The notes under the pieces are model-generated. The model worked only from the letters and a program-made list of their open reading frames with translations, searched no databases and was not told the origin of the DNA. From NCBI GenBank assembly GCA_951406725.2, contig OX597818.1, forward strand, positions 14,136,001 through 14,200,000: a stretch of 64,000 nucleotides of DNA, written 5' to 3'. Position 1 is the first letter of the stretch, and the number at the start of each line of letters is the position of its first letter. The position numbers and the translations under genes were made by a program. This document shows positions 27,657 to 39,364 of this stretch, piece after piece. This stretch comes from Octopus vulgaris. Its lineage: Eukaryota.

Positions 27657-28778
27657 TCATGTATGTATGCTTGTCATTATTCAATTAATTTCAAGATTTC
27701 TTGCCAATAAAGAACGATCCGGTTTCTAACCTAGATCCAAGGCTCCTTCATTGGAATTTCAACATCAACAATAGGGTATCTTTTGTTTTTTTGTATGTAT
27801 GTATGTATGTATGTATGTATGTATGTATGTATGTATGTATGAATGTATGTATGTATGTATGTATGTATGAATGTATGTATGTATGTAAGTATGTATGTAT
27901 GTATGCGTGTATGCATGCGTGTGTGTGTGTGTATGTATGTATGTATGTATGTATGTATGTATGTGCTTATTGGTAAAATGACGATCTCCAAATATAACAA
28001 TATATGTTTAAACACATGGTTTCACATCAAGAATCTTGCAAAAGAGATAACTAAACATGATTTTATTATGTCCTCCCCTGTTACATGGAAAAGAAAAAAA
28101 GTAATAAGAATCTAATGAAAATTATCATATACATTACTGCATCAAGTGATATATTATTGCATTAACAGTGCCGAAAATTGTAATTCTACGGAAACGTTCT
28201 ACGTGGATTCTGCATGGAAGTCTTAATTTTTGTTATAATATCGATAATGTAAGACAGGAAAAAATCTTCCTGAAATGTTTTTGCCTTCTTAATTTACATC
28301 TTGCATTCTTATTCCACTAATACAATTTTTTGTATTAGCGAAACCACTAATTCATATAATTTTCTGATTAAACCACATAGACATGTCACTTATAATTACA
28401 TTTCCTAGAACGACTAAATATAGTAACTATAGACTTCTGAGGAAATTAGTTGATGTGTTTAGTTCAGTCTCTCTTTTTCAAACCTTGCGGAGATCGATTT
28501 TGTTTAACGTACTCATTATATCGATGTCAACGTTATATCAATATTTTTGAATATCATATAAACATTGATAAAATAATATATCAACTAACCGATTTCAAAT
28601 TTCCTTTTCATTTCGCCAACCAATTCTAATTTACAGATTTGTAAACAAGTAAAGACAAAAAAATGACTTCGTTATAGTGTAATATCATGAATTACATTAA
28701 ATCGACTTTGACAAACATAAAGCCTGTTTCTGTCTTTGGAATATTTCAACCAATTGAAAAAGACCACCTGTATATATG

Positions 28779-28869
<91 letters not shown>

Positions 28870-29413
28870 ACATATATATATACATGTATGTATGTGTCTT
28901 TCTGTATGTATATATATATATAAATATATGAGTGTGTGTGTGCGTAATAATAAGAAAAAGGGATGTAATAATCCGGGCAATATCAACAAAACATTCAGTT
29001 TTAAACGAATTTGGTTAAACTATATCAAGCAATGAAACACAATTAAATGCAAGTTGAATAAACGTCCAAGGTAATGCCTCATGAATGACAAGTATATTCA
29101 AATTTCATTTAGAAAAATTGCAAGAAAATCGGAGCATTAGACAACAAAGATAAGAATAGAGAAAAAGCACATCTTCACTTGTAGAATTCACCGTACAAAG
29201 CCGACAATAGTTTCTATTTTATTAGCATATTTAGATATAGAAATTATCATTCATATACTGATTTGAATTATGCGTTATCATATTTAGATATACAAAATAT
29301 CATTGATATTTTCTATGTCTAAATATATTAACACAATAGAGACAATTACCGGGTTTCTGCGATGAATTCTACAATCGGAGATGTGATTTTCACAATCTGC
29401 ATTTTTGTTCTAC

Positions 29414-29458
<45 letters not shown>

Positions 29459-29593
29459 CATATATATGTGTGTGTGTGTGTGTGTATATAATCGTATATA
29501 TATATATACGTATATATACATACATATATATATACATACGTATACATACATAGATATATATATATATATACGTATCTAGAATTACATATATAA

Positions 29594-29672
<79 letters not shown>

Positions 29673-29945
29673 GATTCCACTTATATGGGTCTGGAGAAGC
29701 GCGTAATGAATTCTTCTGTTCGAAATACAACACATCGTCTGGTACAGGAATCCTAACCACAATCGTACGATGATGACCTCGCAAAGTCTATTCATTAAGC
29801 CACGTATCTCCACATACATACACATACGTACTGACATATATAAAAATAGCTTCGTTGTATATTGAAGCGCATTTTTCATGCTTGCTATGGAAATTTTGTG
29901 TGTATAAGTGTGGGCTTTATATATGCAAACTAAAAGTGAATTACA

Positions 29946-30023
<78 letters not shown>

Positions 30024-30981
30024 GATATATAGGTTAACATATACATTTGTATATATACATATATTCATATATACTACATATATAAATATATGTGAATGTA
30101 TATATATACATATGTAGTATATATGGATATATGTGAGTGTGTGTGAGTCTGTGCGTGCGCGTGCATGTTATATATTATATATAGAGACAAATATTACAAA
30201 ATGTTCAAAATATCGTTAGTTATATTGAGTGATTAATATTACATGCAAAACGACTTCAAACGTCAATTAGAAAATTATTTAATAATGTAATAGATGTCCG
30301 TTCTTTGAGAAATATGTGTACAATGTACAATGTGCATAATTTTCGCATTTTAAACATATTAACGTGTTGCAAATGCATTTTAATGCAAATATAAAAAATA
30401 CTTAGAGTAATAAATATTTTAAAATTGATATTAGTATTTTGGTGATGTATATATTTGATAATCCAAGATCTGACAAAATATGTTATGTGTTGAATTGTTC
30501 CTGATGTGTTTAGCTTTACTCTCATCTCTTCACTCAGGATGAAAATGCAGTTTAAAGGTTCCCGTTTTAACACGGTTATCGAAATCAACAGTGAATCATA
30601 GAAAGTTCTCGACTCACGGAAAATGACTGCCAGACCTGATTCCAAATGTGGCAGGAATGCTGGAACTGGTGTATTGCGGCGCAAGGTGACTATCTCGAAG
30701 GTAACGATGTCAAAACCTCGGTAAACAAGCTATTTTATTAAACATAAACAGTCCAACGTTGTTTTATAACAATTCGTAAAATTCCAATATATTAAAATGG
30801 CGCAGACTTAAGTGCCGTTATTGTTAGTAAATGAATGCATGTGAGATGGCAGATGCAATATCGATTTATGATTCTATTTGATGTTTTACATAATTTAGAC
30901 TCCATATAAATCTCAAAAATTATGTACTATTACTTTAATTCTGCTAAGACAAAGAACTTTTATTCTGACTTTACCTTCATT

Positions 30982-31021
<40 letters not shown>

Positions 31022-31059
31022 GAAAGAAGGTTTGAAAATGCAATTTAAAAGATGTTTAT

Positions 31060-31104
31060 TTACTTAACCGGTTTCATTCTTTGGTAAAAGATTGTCAAAA
31101 GTAA
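31060..31104 (-). ncRNA. Minimal hammerhead-like motif (U3:A8) in the 3' pLTR
   Basis: ttactt-TTGACAA-tcttt tacc aaaga-at-GAAA-ccg-GTT-aagtaa; 6-bp stem I, palindromic stem III. Confidence 0.55.
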
Positions 31105-31669
31105 CATTGAATAATATGGGTTCAAAAAGGTTTTTTACATAATTGTCACATTGAATATTATGAATTCCAAAATGTTTTTTTATACATAATTGTCACATTA
31201 CATGTATAAATATAGTGTTTGGTAACAGAGTAGTTCAATAGTGTGATGAGAATATTTGGAAAAATTGGCAGAAAAGAATAAAACAAATATATTATTGGAA
31301 ATTTGGTTGCGTTAATTATTGGTTGTCGCAAATTGTCACATTACATGTATATATATACAGTTTTGGTAGAAAGGACATGTTAAAGACATAAGGAAATGCA
31401 ATAGTTTGGTGAGAAAATTTGTAATATTGACAGAAAAAATGGATATTTTATACATCTCAGAATATTATGAGTTGAAGGCGAGAATTTGTTTTTACTGACC
31501 TGTTGGCTTTAGCAGAAAAGTTGAATTGAGAGAAAAAAATGTTGTACCCAATTTTGTTTATGGTTCCCCTTCAAGCATCAATGATTTTGGGGTTATCGGG
31601 AAATGAGTATGCGGGTGTGAATAGATGTGTCTGTGTGCCTGCAGTATTTGGTCAGACGGCGTCTGTTTG

Positions 31670-32459
31670 TCACACACACATATATACACACACACACAAC
31701 ACACATACATACACACACACAGCATACAAACACAAACCACATACACACAACACACACACACACACAGAACACACACATACACAACGCACCCACATATATA
31801 ATATACACACACAGCACACAAATATAACATGTATTTATATATAATATACACACATATATAACACACATACACACACAACACACACACACACAACACACGC
31901 ACACATACATACATAATATAAATATCACACAAATACACCTAGCATATATATACATACAATACACATACACAGCATGTATATAATACACATACACAATATA
32001 TGCATGCAATATATACACGCAATACATACATACAATATATATATATATAGACAATGCATATACATATATACATATATACATATAAATAGTGTTTACATAC
32101 ACATACATAAATATACCACATATACACACAAAATACATACAATGTATACATATACACGTACGCATACATACAATATATATATACACACACACATAACATA
32201 CACATACACAATGCATACATATATATACATGCAATGTATATACATGTATTCATGCATATATAACACACCTACAATATACATATATACAATGCACACATAC
32301 ACACACATATACACTTAATTGTACACATACATATACAATACACATACATACAATATACAAATACACAATGCCCATGCAAATAATGCACATGTTTATACAC
32401 ACATATATATAATGCAAATATATATACACACACACATAAACACACACATACATACACAC

Positions 32460-32490
<31 letters not shown>

Positions 32491-32686
32491 CACATACATA
32501 TATACATGCACATATATATATTTTTTCACACACATACACACACATATATATATAAAATTCACACACACACCCACACACACAAAATACAAACCTATAGCGT
32601 ACACACTCAAATACATCTCTACATACCGCACACACACACAAACAATGTATTCACATATATACACATACCATGCATATACACACACA

Positions 32687-32721
<35 letters not shown>

Positions 32722-32896
32722 AAACAAATACACATGTAAATACATACACACGTACACAATGCACACACACACACACACACGCACACAGTGAACACACACA
32801 CACACAACGCGCGCACACACATACACACACACACACACACGCACACAGTGCACACACACACATATATACACACGCGCACACACACACACACAAACA

Positions 32897-32930
<34 letters not shown>

Positions 32931-32960
32931 TACACTCACACACATACATAACCTACATAT
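31670..32960. repeat. ~1.3 kb degenerate (CA/TA) low-complexity tract inside the PLE 3' UTR
   Basis: Almost G-free ACAT/ACAC mosaic between the ORF stop and the pLTR. Confidence 0.9.
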
Positions 32961-33109
32961 ATATAATGCATGCGTGTACGTGCCACGTATGTGTGCGGTC
33001 AAAGTGTGTCCTATGCGTGCCGATGCGCGCATGTGTCCGCCCGCACGATATGCTGTGAGTGTGCGCGTGTCCCTGTATGCTTGCTCTGGATGTGTGCCCA
33101 GGGGGTATG

Positions 33110-34720
33110 TTAGAGTATGTTTAGTTGTGGTCTGTATTTTTGAATAAGATTACTTTCCCTATTTATTCGTGTTTGGTCTGTGGTGTTGTCCGAGCATTGG
33201 TATAGTGGGAAGACTAAGAATTTGGGGGACTTATTGTGTGCACAAAGGTCTAAGTGTCCACTTAGTGGTATCTGTCTTGTGGAGGGTCCCTCAGTTGTTG
33301 TCGGTGAACTGTCATTCTTTTTCTAAGGGTAAGGCTCGTTTGCCCTATGTAGTCTTCGTGGCATCCTTCACACCTTATGACGTAGAGTAAATTTTTTGAT
33401 GCGCACGTGAAATTATTTTTTATGATGAATGTGTGTCCCGAGTGGAACTTGTACGACGATCCCTCAATGAGGTGGATGCAAGTCCTGCAGTTGGGGCGAC
33501 CACATTTTTTGATGGTGGGCGGTGGGTTTCTGTTGTGTAATTTTGCGTTGGTGAGGAGGTTTTTTAGGGATTTAGGTTGTCTCTTACCTTTTATTATTTT
33601 ATGAGCTGCCAGTATTTTTTTCAGGCGTGGGTCTTGATTTAGTTGTGGAATATTGTTGCATATAATAGTGTAAGCTTCTGCATTCCTTGGGTTGTGTGTT
33701 GAGAGATAGGGGAGGCTATTTACTGTACTGTGGATGTGTTTGGGTTTTCGTAGGTCTTGAATGTTGATTGATTTGGCCCGTTCTATTCCGTTGTCTACTA
33801 GTGATGCCGGGTAATGTCTTTCGAGAAGAATTGCCCTTAGTTCCCGGAGTCTTCTATTTCGTGTTGTGTCATTTGAGACAATAGTGCAGATTCTTCTCGC
33901 TAGGTTGAAGGGGATATTTGTCTTTGTGTGTTTTGGGTGATTGGAGGTGAATAGAAGGTATTGTTTAGAGTCAGTGGGTTTGTAATGGATGTCAGTTTCA
34001 ATGTTGACGCCTTTTTTAATGATTAGGATGTCAAGAAAAGGGAGTTGATCCTGACTATATTCCATTGTGAATTGAATGTTGTTATTTACACAGTTGATAA
34101 GGTTTTTGAAGTCTATAAGTTGGTCGAGTGCATGGGACCATAGGATGAGGCAATCATCTAAGTAGCGTTTCCAGTTCTCCAACAGGTATTTGTGGAAAGA
34201 CTGGCCGTACTTATATTTGGATTTTTCATAGATATGTGATTCCAGGTAGGCCATCACCAGGTTTGCATAAGTAGGTGCAACTTTCGTACCCATTGCAGTT
34301 CCTGAGACCTGTCTGTAAGTGTTGTTGTGGAAATACATGAAGTTGTTTTGCAGAATAAATTTGAGGCCCTTAATTATGAATTCTTTTTTAATTCTTTCCG
34401 GGATCTCATTGGGATATTTATCCAGCCAGAATTTAATGGCTTCCAGTCCATATTCATGTGGGATTGTGGTGTAAAGATTAATTACATCAAAGGAAACGAT
34501 TAAAGTGTCTTTATCGGTATGTTTGGGGAGATGATTCAATAGGTCCAGGTCATCTCTTCCAATACTTGGAATGTGTTTCAGTATTGGCTTTAAGATGATA
34601 TCTATAAAGTTGCTAAGTCTGTGTGTTTCACAACTTGGGCCTGCCACTATTGGTCTCAGTTTGAGATCAGTGGGATGTGGTATAGTGATGTAGGTTGAAG
34701 TGGACTTTTTGCAAGCTTCT
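33110..34720 (-). pseudogene. PLE reverse transcriptase + Cys-linker + GIY-YIG endonuclease (5' truncated, one frameshift near 33280)
   Basis: LRPIVAG, SFDVINLYTTIP, YRQVSGTAMGTKVAPTYANL, RYLDD, LPFLD, YKPTD, CGRPNCRTC, FTCASKNLLYVIRCEGC..YIGQT; the shifted tail RESNLIQKYRPQLNIL* ends at 33110. Confidence 0.92.
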
Positions 34721-35118
34721 AGGTCAGTAAAAACAAATTCTCGCCTTCAACTCATAATATTCTGAGATGTATAAAATATCCATTTTTTCTGTCAATATTA
34801 CAAATTTTCTCACCAAACTATTGCACTTCCTTATGTCTTTAACATGTCCTTTCTACCAAAGACTGTATATATATACATGTAATGTGACAATTTGCGACAA
34901 CCAATAATTAACGCAACCAAATTTCCAATAATATATTTGTTTTATTCTTTTCTGCCAATTTTTCCAAATATTCTCATCACACTATTGAACTTCTCTGTTA
35001 CCAAACACTATATTTATACATGTAATGTGACAATTATGTATAAAAAAACATTTTTGAATTCATAATATTCAATGTGACAATTATGTAAAAAACTTTTTTG
35101 AGCCCATATTATTCAATG

Positions 35119-35163
35119 TTACTTTTGACAATCTTTTACCAAAGAGTGAAACCGGTTAAGTAA
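35119..35163 (+). ncRNA. Minimal hammerhead-like motif (U3:A8) in the inverted pLTR
   Basis: ttactt-TTGACAA-tcttt tacc aaaga-gt-GAAA-ccg-GTT-aagtaa. Confidence 0.55.
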
Positions 35164-35238
35164 ATAAACATCTTTTAAATTGCATTTTCAAACCTTCTTT
35201 CGTATATAATTCCACTCGTGCGATACCCCACAACTCAA

Positions 35239-35300
<62 letters not shown>

Positions 35301-35345
35301 TATTATATATATATGCATATATATATTATATCACATTATATTATA

Positions 35346-36140
35346 TTATTATATGACCGAACGCGACGCATCCATTTCCAAGTAAGTTTTATGATAATAA
35401 TTCCGATATGGAATCTGCAGCCTTTCTCTATTCTACCACACTCTCTTGTTCTTCTTTCTTTCTGTTTTTCACTCCCACTCTCTCTCCAATTCTTCTCCTT
35501 TCCCCTTCACCATTCCCTCTCTCTCTCTCACTCTTCCTCCTTGATTCCCTCGTTGCTCACACGTGATGAACGGCTATCTATCTTTCTTTCTTCCGCTTCC
35601 TTCCTGAGGACATGGCGTGCTTTTGCCTGTCTCTTCTCAAACCTCGTTTTCCCAGCGTTCATTATTTCACCTCGTTATGGCTTAACAGCCCTCACTGTTT
35701 GTTTCTACCGTTTTTTTTTACTGTCCTGTTTTTGTTGCCACTTTAACCCTCCACAAAAAAAAAACAAATTAGATTTACTTTCTTTTGCGGGTAGGACTGT
35801 TTTAACGAGGTCGCGTCTTGTATCTACCTTCTAAACGCGGAGTAGATAAGACGGGGGAAACTGATGAGGGGAATTTTCTTTATGTTGCCTGTCTCGTTTC
35901 TCTATTTGTTTCTTTCGTTGTTCGAAAAACATTCGTTTTCCATACTTTTATTTTATGTTCGCGTTTCTCATTTTGTTCAAGATTTTTTGACATCGTGTAC
36001 TCATATAAGCATATATATATACATATATATGTAGGCATGTACATAAATATGTGTATATATGCATATATATAAATATATATATATATATATGTTACTTATA
36101 TTATATGATCGAACGCCACGCATCCATTTCCGTGTAAGTT
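35346..36140 (+). repeat. Non-coding ~750-bp repeat unit with a short terminal direct repeat, between (TA)n tracts
   Basis: ttatatgaycgaacgcsacgcatccatttcc..gtaagtt occurs at 35349-35390 and 36101-36140; the body is homologous to 37620-38858. Confidence 0.75.
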
Positions 36141-36730
36141 ATATATATATTTTCATTCCTCTATTACATAATATCGAGTCTCTTTCATTCTGTCGTTGTC
36201 TTACCATGTTTATTTATTTATTTATTTATTTATATTCACTCTGGAAATAATTTCTCCTTATTAGTTCTATATATCTGTGTATGGGTTATAAATCGAAATT
36301 GAAATAACTGTATAATATATAATACTAGAAAGATTAACAATATATTTGGGTTTCATTATATTAGTGGGCTGTCCGGAAAATTCGTGCCGATTTATAATAG
36401 CTGGCCTTTCGACTTATTTTAGAACATGGTTGAGTCCATAAAATAGGATTTCTCTACACTTTCATTTAGAGCGCAGTATTTTCAATTACTTTAGAGATTA
36501 AATACATTACAACTGAATGGAGAATAAGTTTCATATGTTTTCAGATAATTTTCTCTTTACAGTCACTTCTCTTTTCATCAATTCGTTAGGTAAAAAAAAA
36601 TTAAAATCATAAATTGAAGATCAAACATTATGCGGGAGATTAAAACTGCTCTTATCTTCAAAACTTAGAGGCCTAATATATACATACATACATACATACA
36701 GACATACACACACACACATACATACATACA

Positions 36731-36804
<74 letters not shown>

Positions 36805-37619
36805 TGCATACTTATATGTATACATATGTTTATACACGCATACATATAAATATATATATATACATTATTTAATTTAATTAGGGTTCAGCAAAAAAATTTA
36901 CTTTACCACACACCGAACTTTTATGTATATATATATATATATATATATATGAACATGCCCACTCAAAAGCATATTCACATATAGAAATACTTGTACATCC
37001 GTATGTGTCTTAGTAGATATGCATGTATGCTTTCGACCTTTTAATACATATAGGTTCCAGTGAAAAGCTGATTCAAAAAAGACAAATATATACATGGAGT
37101 ATTACTCCATGGCGTATTTAATGCTTTACGTTAAAATATTGTTAACATATTACAAATTGCCTGATTACGTATGCATTTTAAGGAATTATATTTTACTTAT
37201 TTCATCTGAATCGGCAAAAAATAAATTTTTCAGCTTGACAGCCTTTCGTAGCTGGTTCTGCATAACGCTACATTGAATAAAAGAGAATAAAATTTTTATG
37301 TTAAATATTATCGGTTTGAAAACTCTGTCGCTTTAGAAATGTAGCTTAACACTTCGAAACTGTTCATCATTATATAAATTTAAACAAAGTATATATATAT
37401 ATATAAACATAGTAAGAAAAGGGAGGAAGAGAATCGAGAGAGGGAAAGAGAGAGGGTGAGAGATAAGGAGATAGAGAGAGGGAGAGGGCATGTGGCAGAT
37501 AAAGACAAGTAGGGTTACAGCGTTTATTTACACGGAATACAAAATATAGATTACAGAATATGGAAAACAAAAGGAGTAATATGAAATTCTTACATTTACG
37601 GATATTTTAAGAGCACTCT

Positions 37620-38206
37620 AGTCCTTATTGTTGGTTTCCTTGTCCTGTCTTTTACTGTTTTTATATTTACTTGTAGTTTTTTTTTCTTCATTTGTATTGC
37701 TTTTACATCCTGTTCTTGTCACTTTTTTTACCCCTCCGCAAAAAAATTTTTTATTTAATTCATTTTGCGGGAAGGACTGCTTCGGCCTGGCCGTGCTCTG
37801 CCCTTACCTTCGAAACAGGGGCAGCTGAAGAAGGGGAATGTTCCTTGTATTGTTTGTCTTGTACTCTGTTTTTTCGTTGTTAAAAAAAGTCCATTTCCTT
37901 GTTCGATTTTACGTTTATTTGTGGTGTCCTGTACTCTTATATGCATGTATATATACATATAGATGTAGGTATGTACATATATATATGTATGCATATGTTT
38001 TATTTATTAAATTGTTATTATATGATTGAACGCTATCATCGTTTTCTTCTTCTCCAAGTAAGTTTTATTTCAATAATTATGACGCGCACTCTTAACTCTT
38101 TACTTGACCTTTTCTCCCTGCCTGTCTGTCTTCCTCTCTACCTGTCTCTGTCCTTCTTACTTTTCACCCTTTCTGGTTTCTTCTCCTCTCTCTCTCACTC
38201 CTCCTC

Positions 38207-38241
<35 letters not shown>

Positions 38242-38858
38242 TCCTCCTCCTCTGTCTCGTCTCTGACCGGACGGCTACTAATTTTCTTTCTGCCCACAGC
38301 TTTCAACATGGCAACATTGGCTTTTTTCTCTATTCCGCAGCCGATTTGCAGAATGCGTTCTAACGAATTTTTCCACCGTCTAGGCTTAAAAATAGCCCTT
38401 ATTGTTGGTTTCCTTGTCCTGTCTTTTACTGTTTTTATCTTTATCTTCATTTGTATTGCTTTTACGTCCTGTTCTTGTCACTTTTTTTTACCCCTCCGCA
38501 AAAATTTTTTATTTAATTCATTTTGCGAGAAGGACTGCTTCGGTCTGGTCGTGTTCTGCCCTTACCTTCGAAACACGCATTGAGTCGAAACAGGGGCAGC
38601 TGAAGAAGGGGAATATTCCTTGTATTGTTTGTCTTGTACTCTGTTTTTCCGTTGTTAAAAAAAGTCTGTTTCTTTGTTTGATTTTATGTTTTCGGTTCTC
38701 GTTGTGTTCGACGTTTATTTGTGGTGTCCTGTCCTCATATATGCATGTATATATACATATAGATGTAGGTACGTACATATATGCATATGCTTTATTTATC
38801 AAATTGTTATAATATGATTGAACGCTCACGTCGTTTTCTTCTTCTCCAAGTAAGTTTT
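37620..38858 (+). repeat. Partial + full tandem copy (period ~790 bp) of the same non-coding family
   Basis: 37623-38066 matches 38397-38858; both end in ctccaagtaagtttt; followed by (TA)n. Confidence 0.85.
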
Positions 38859-38875
38859 ATATATATTTATATATA

Positions 38876-38918
<43 letters not shown>

Positions 38919-38931
38919 GTCTATATATATA

Positions 38932-39174
38932 TAAGCCCGTCGTATATATGTATATATATATATGTGTATGCTTGTGTTTCGTGTTTGCCCCCACCCCCAA
39001 CATCGCTTGACAACCGATGCTGGTGTATTTACGTCCCCGTAACTTAGCGGTTCGGCAAAAGATTCCGATAGAATAAGTACTATCCTTACAAAGAATAAGT
39101 CCTGAGCTCGATTTCATCGACTAAAGGCGGTGCTCCAGCATGGCCACAGTTAAATGACTGAAACAAGTAAATGA

Positions 39175-39176
<2 letters not shown>
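38932..39176 (+). mobile_element. Family B SINE, 3' two-thirds
   Basis: aagcccgtcgtatat..catcgcttgacaaccgatgctggtg..ggcggtgctccagcatggccacagttaaatgactgaaacaag. Confidence 0.85.
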
Positions 39177-39231
<55 letters not shown>

Positions 39232-39255
39232 GTATGTATGTATATATATGCAGAC

Positions 39256-39340
<85 letters not shown>

Positions 39341-39364
39341 TTTATACATATACATATATACATG

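Larger units (their letters stand above)
31015..35242 (-). mobile_element. 5'-truncated Penelope-like element (Neptune-type) with an inverted pseudo-LTR
   Basis: RT+GIY-YIG ORF; 31015-31501 is the reverse complement of 34721-35208 at high identity; (TA)n on both flanks. Confidence 0.9.

Noticed and set aside
29670-29810. Possible A3:U8 hammerhead on the minus strand (ATGAATA-gact/ggtc)
   Set aside because: No GAAA after stem II and no stem I.
28672-33147. Dozens of overlapping ORFs rich in YI/CV/HT dipeptides (also at 12249-12701, 15162-15525, 55032-55807, 59784-60279)
   Set aside because: Translations of microsatellites that lack stop codons; no coding signal.
36361-36680. Mariner-like left terminus (ta..gggctgtccggaaaattcgtgccgattt)
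   Set aside because: No matching right TIR or transposase visible.
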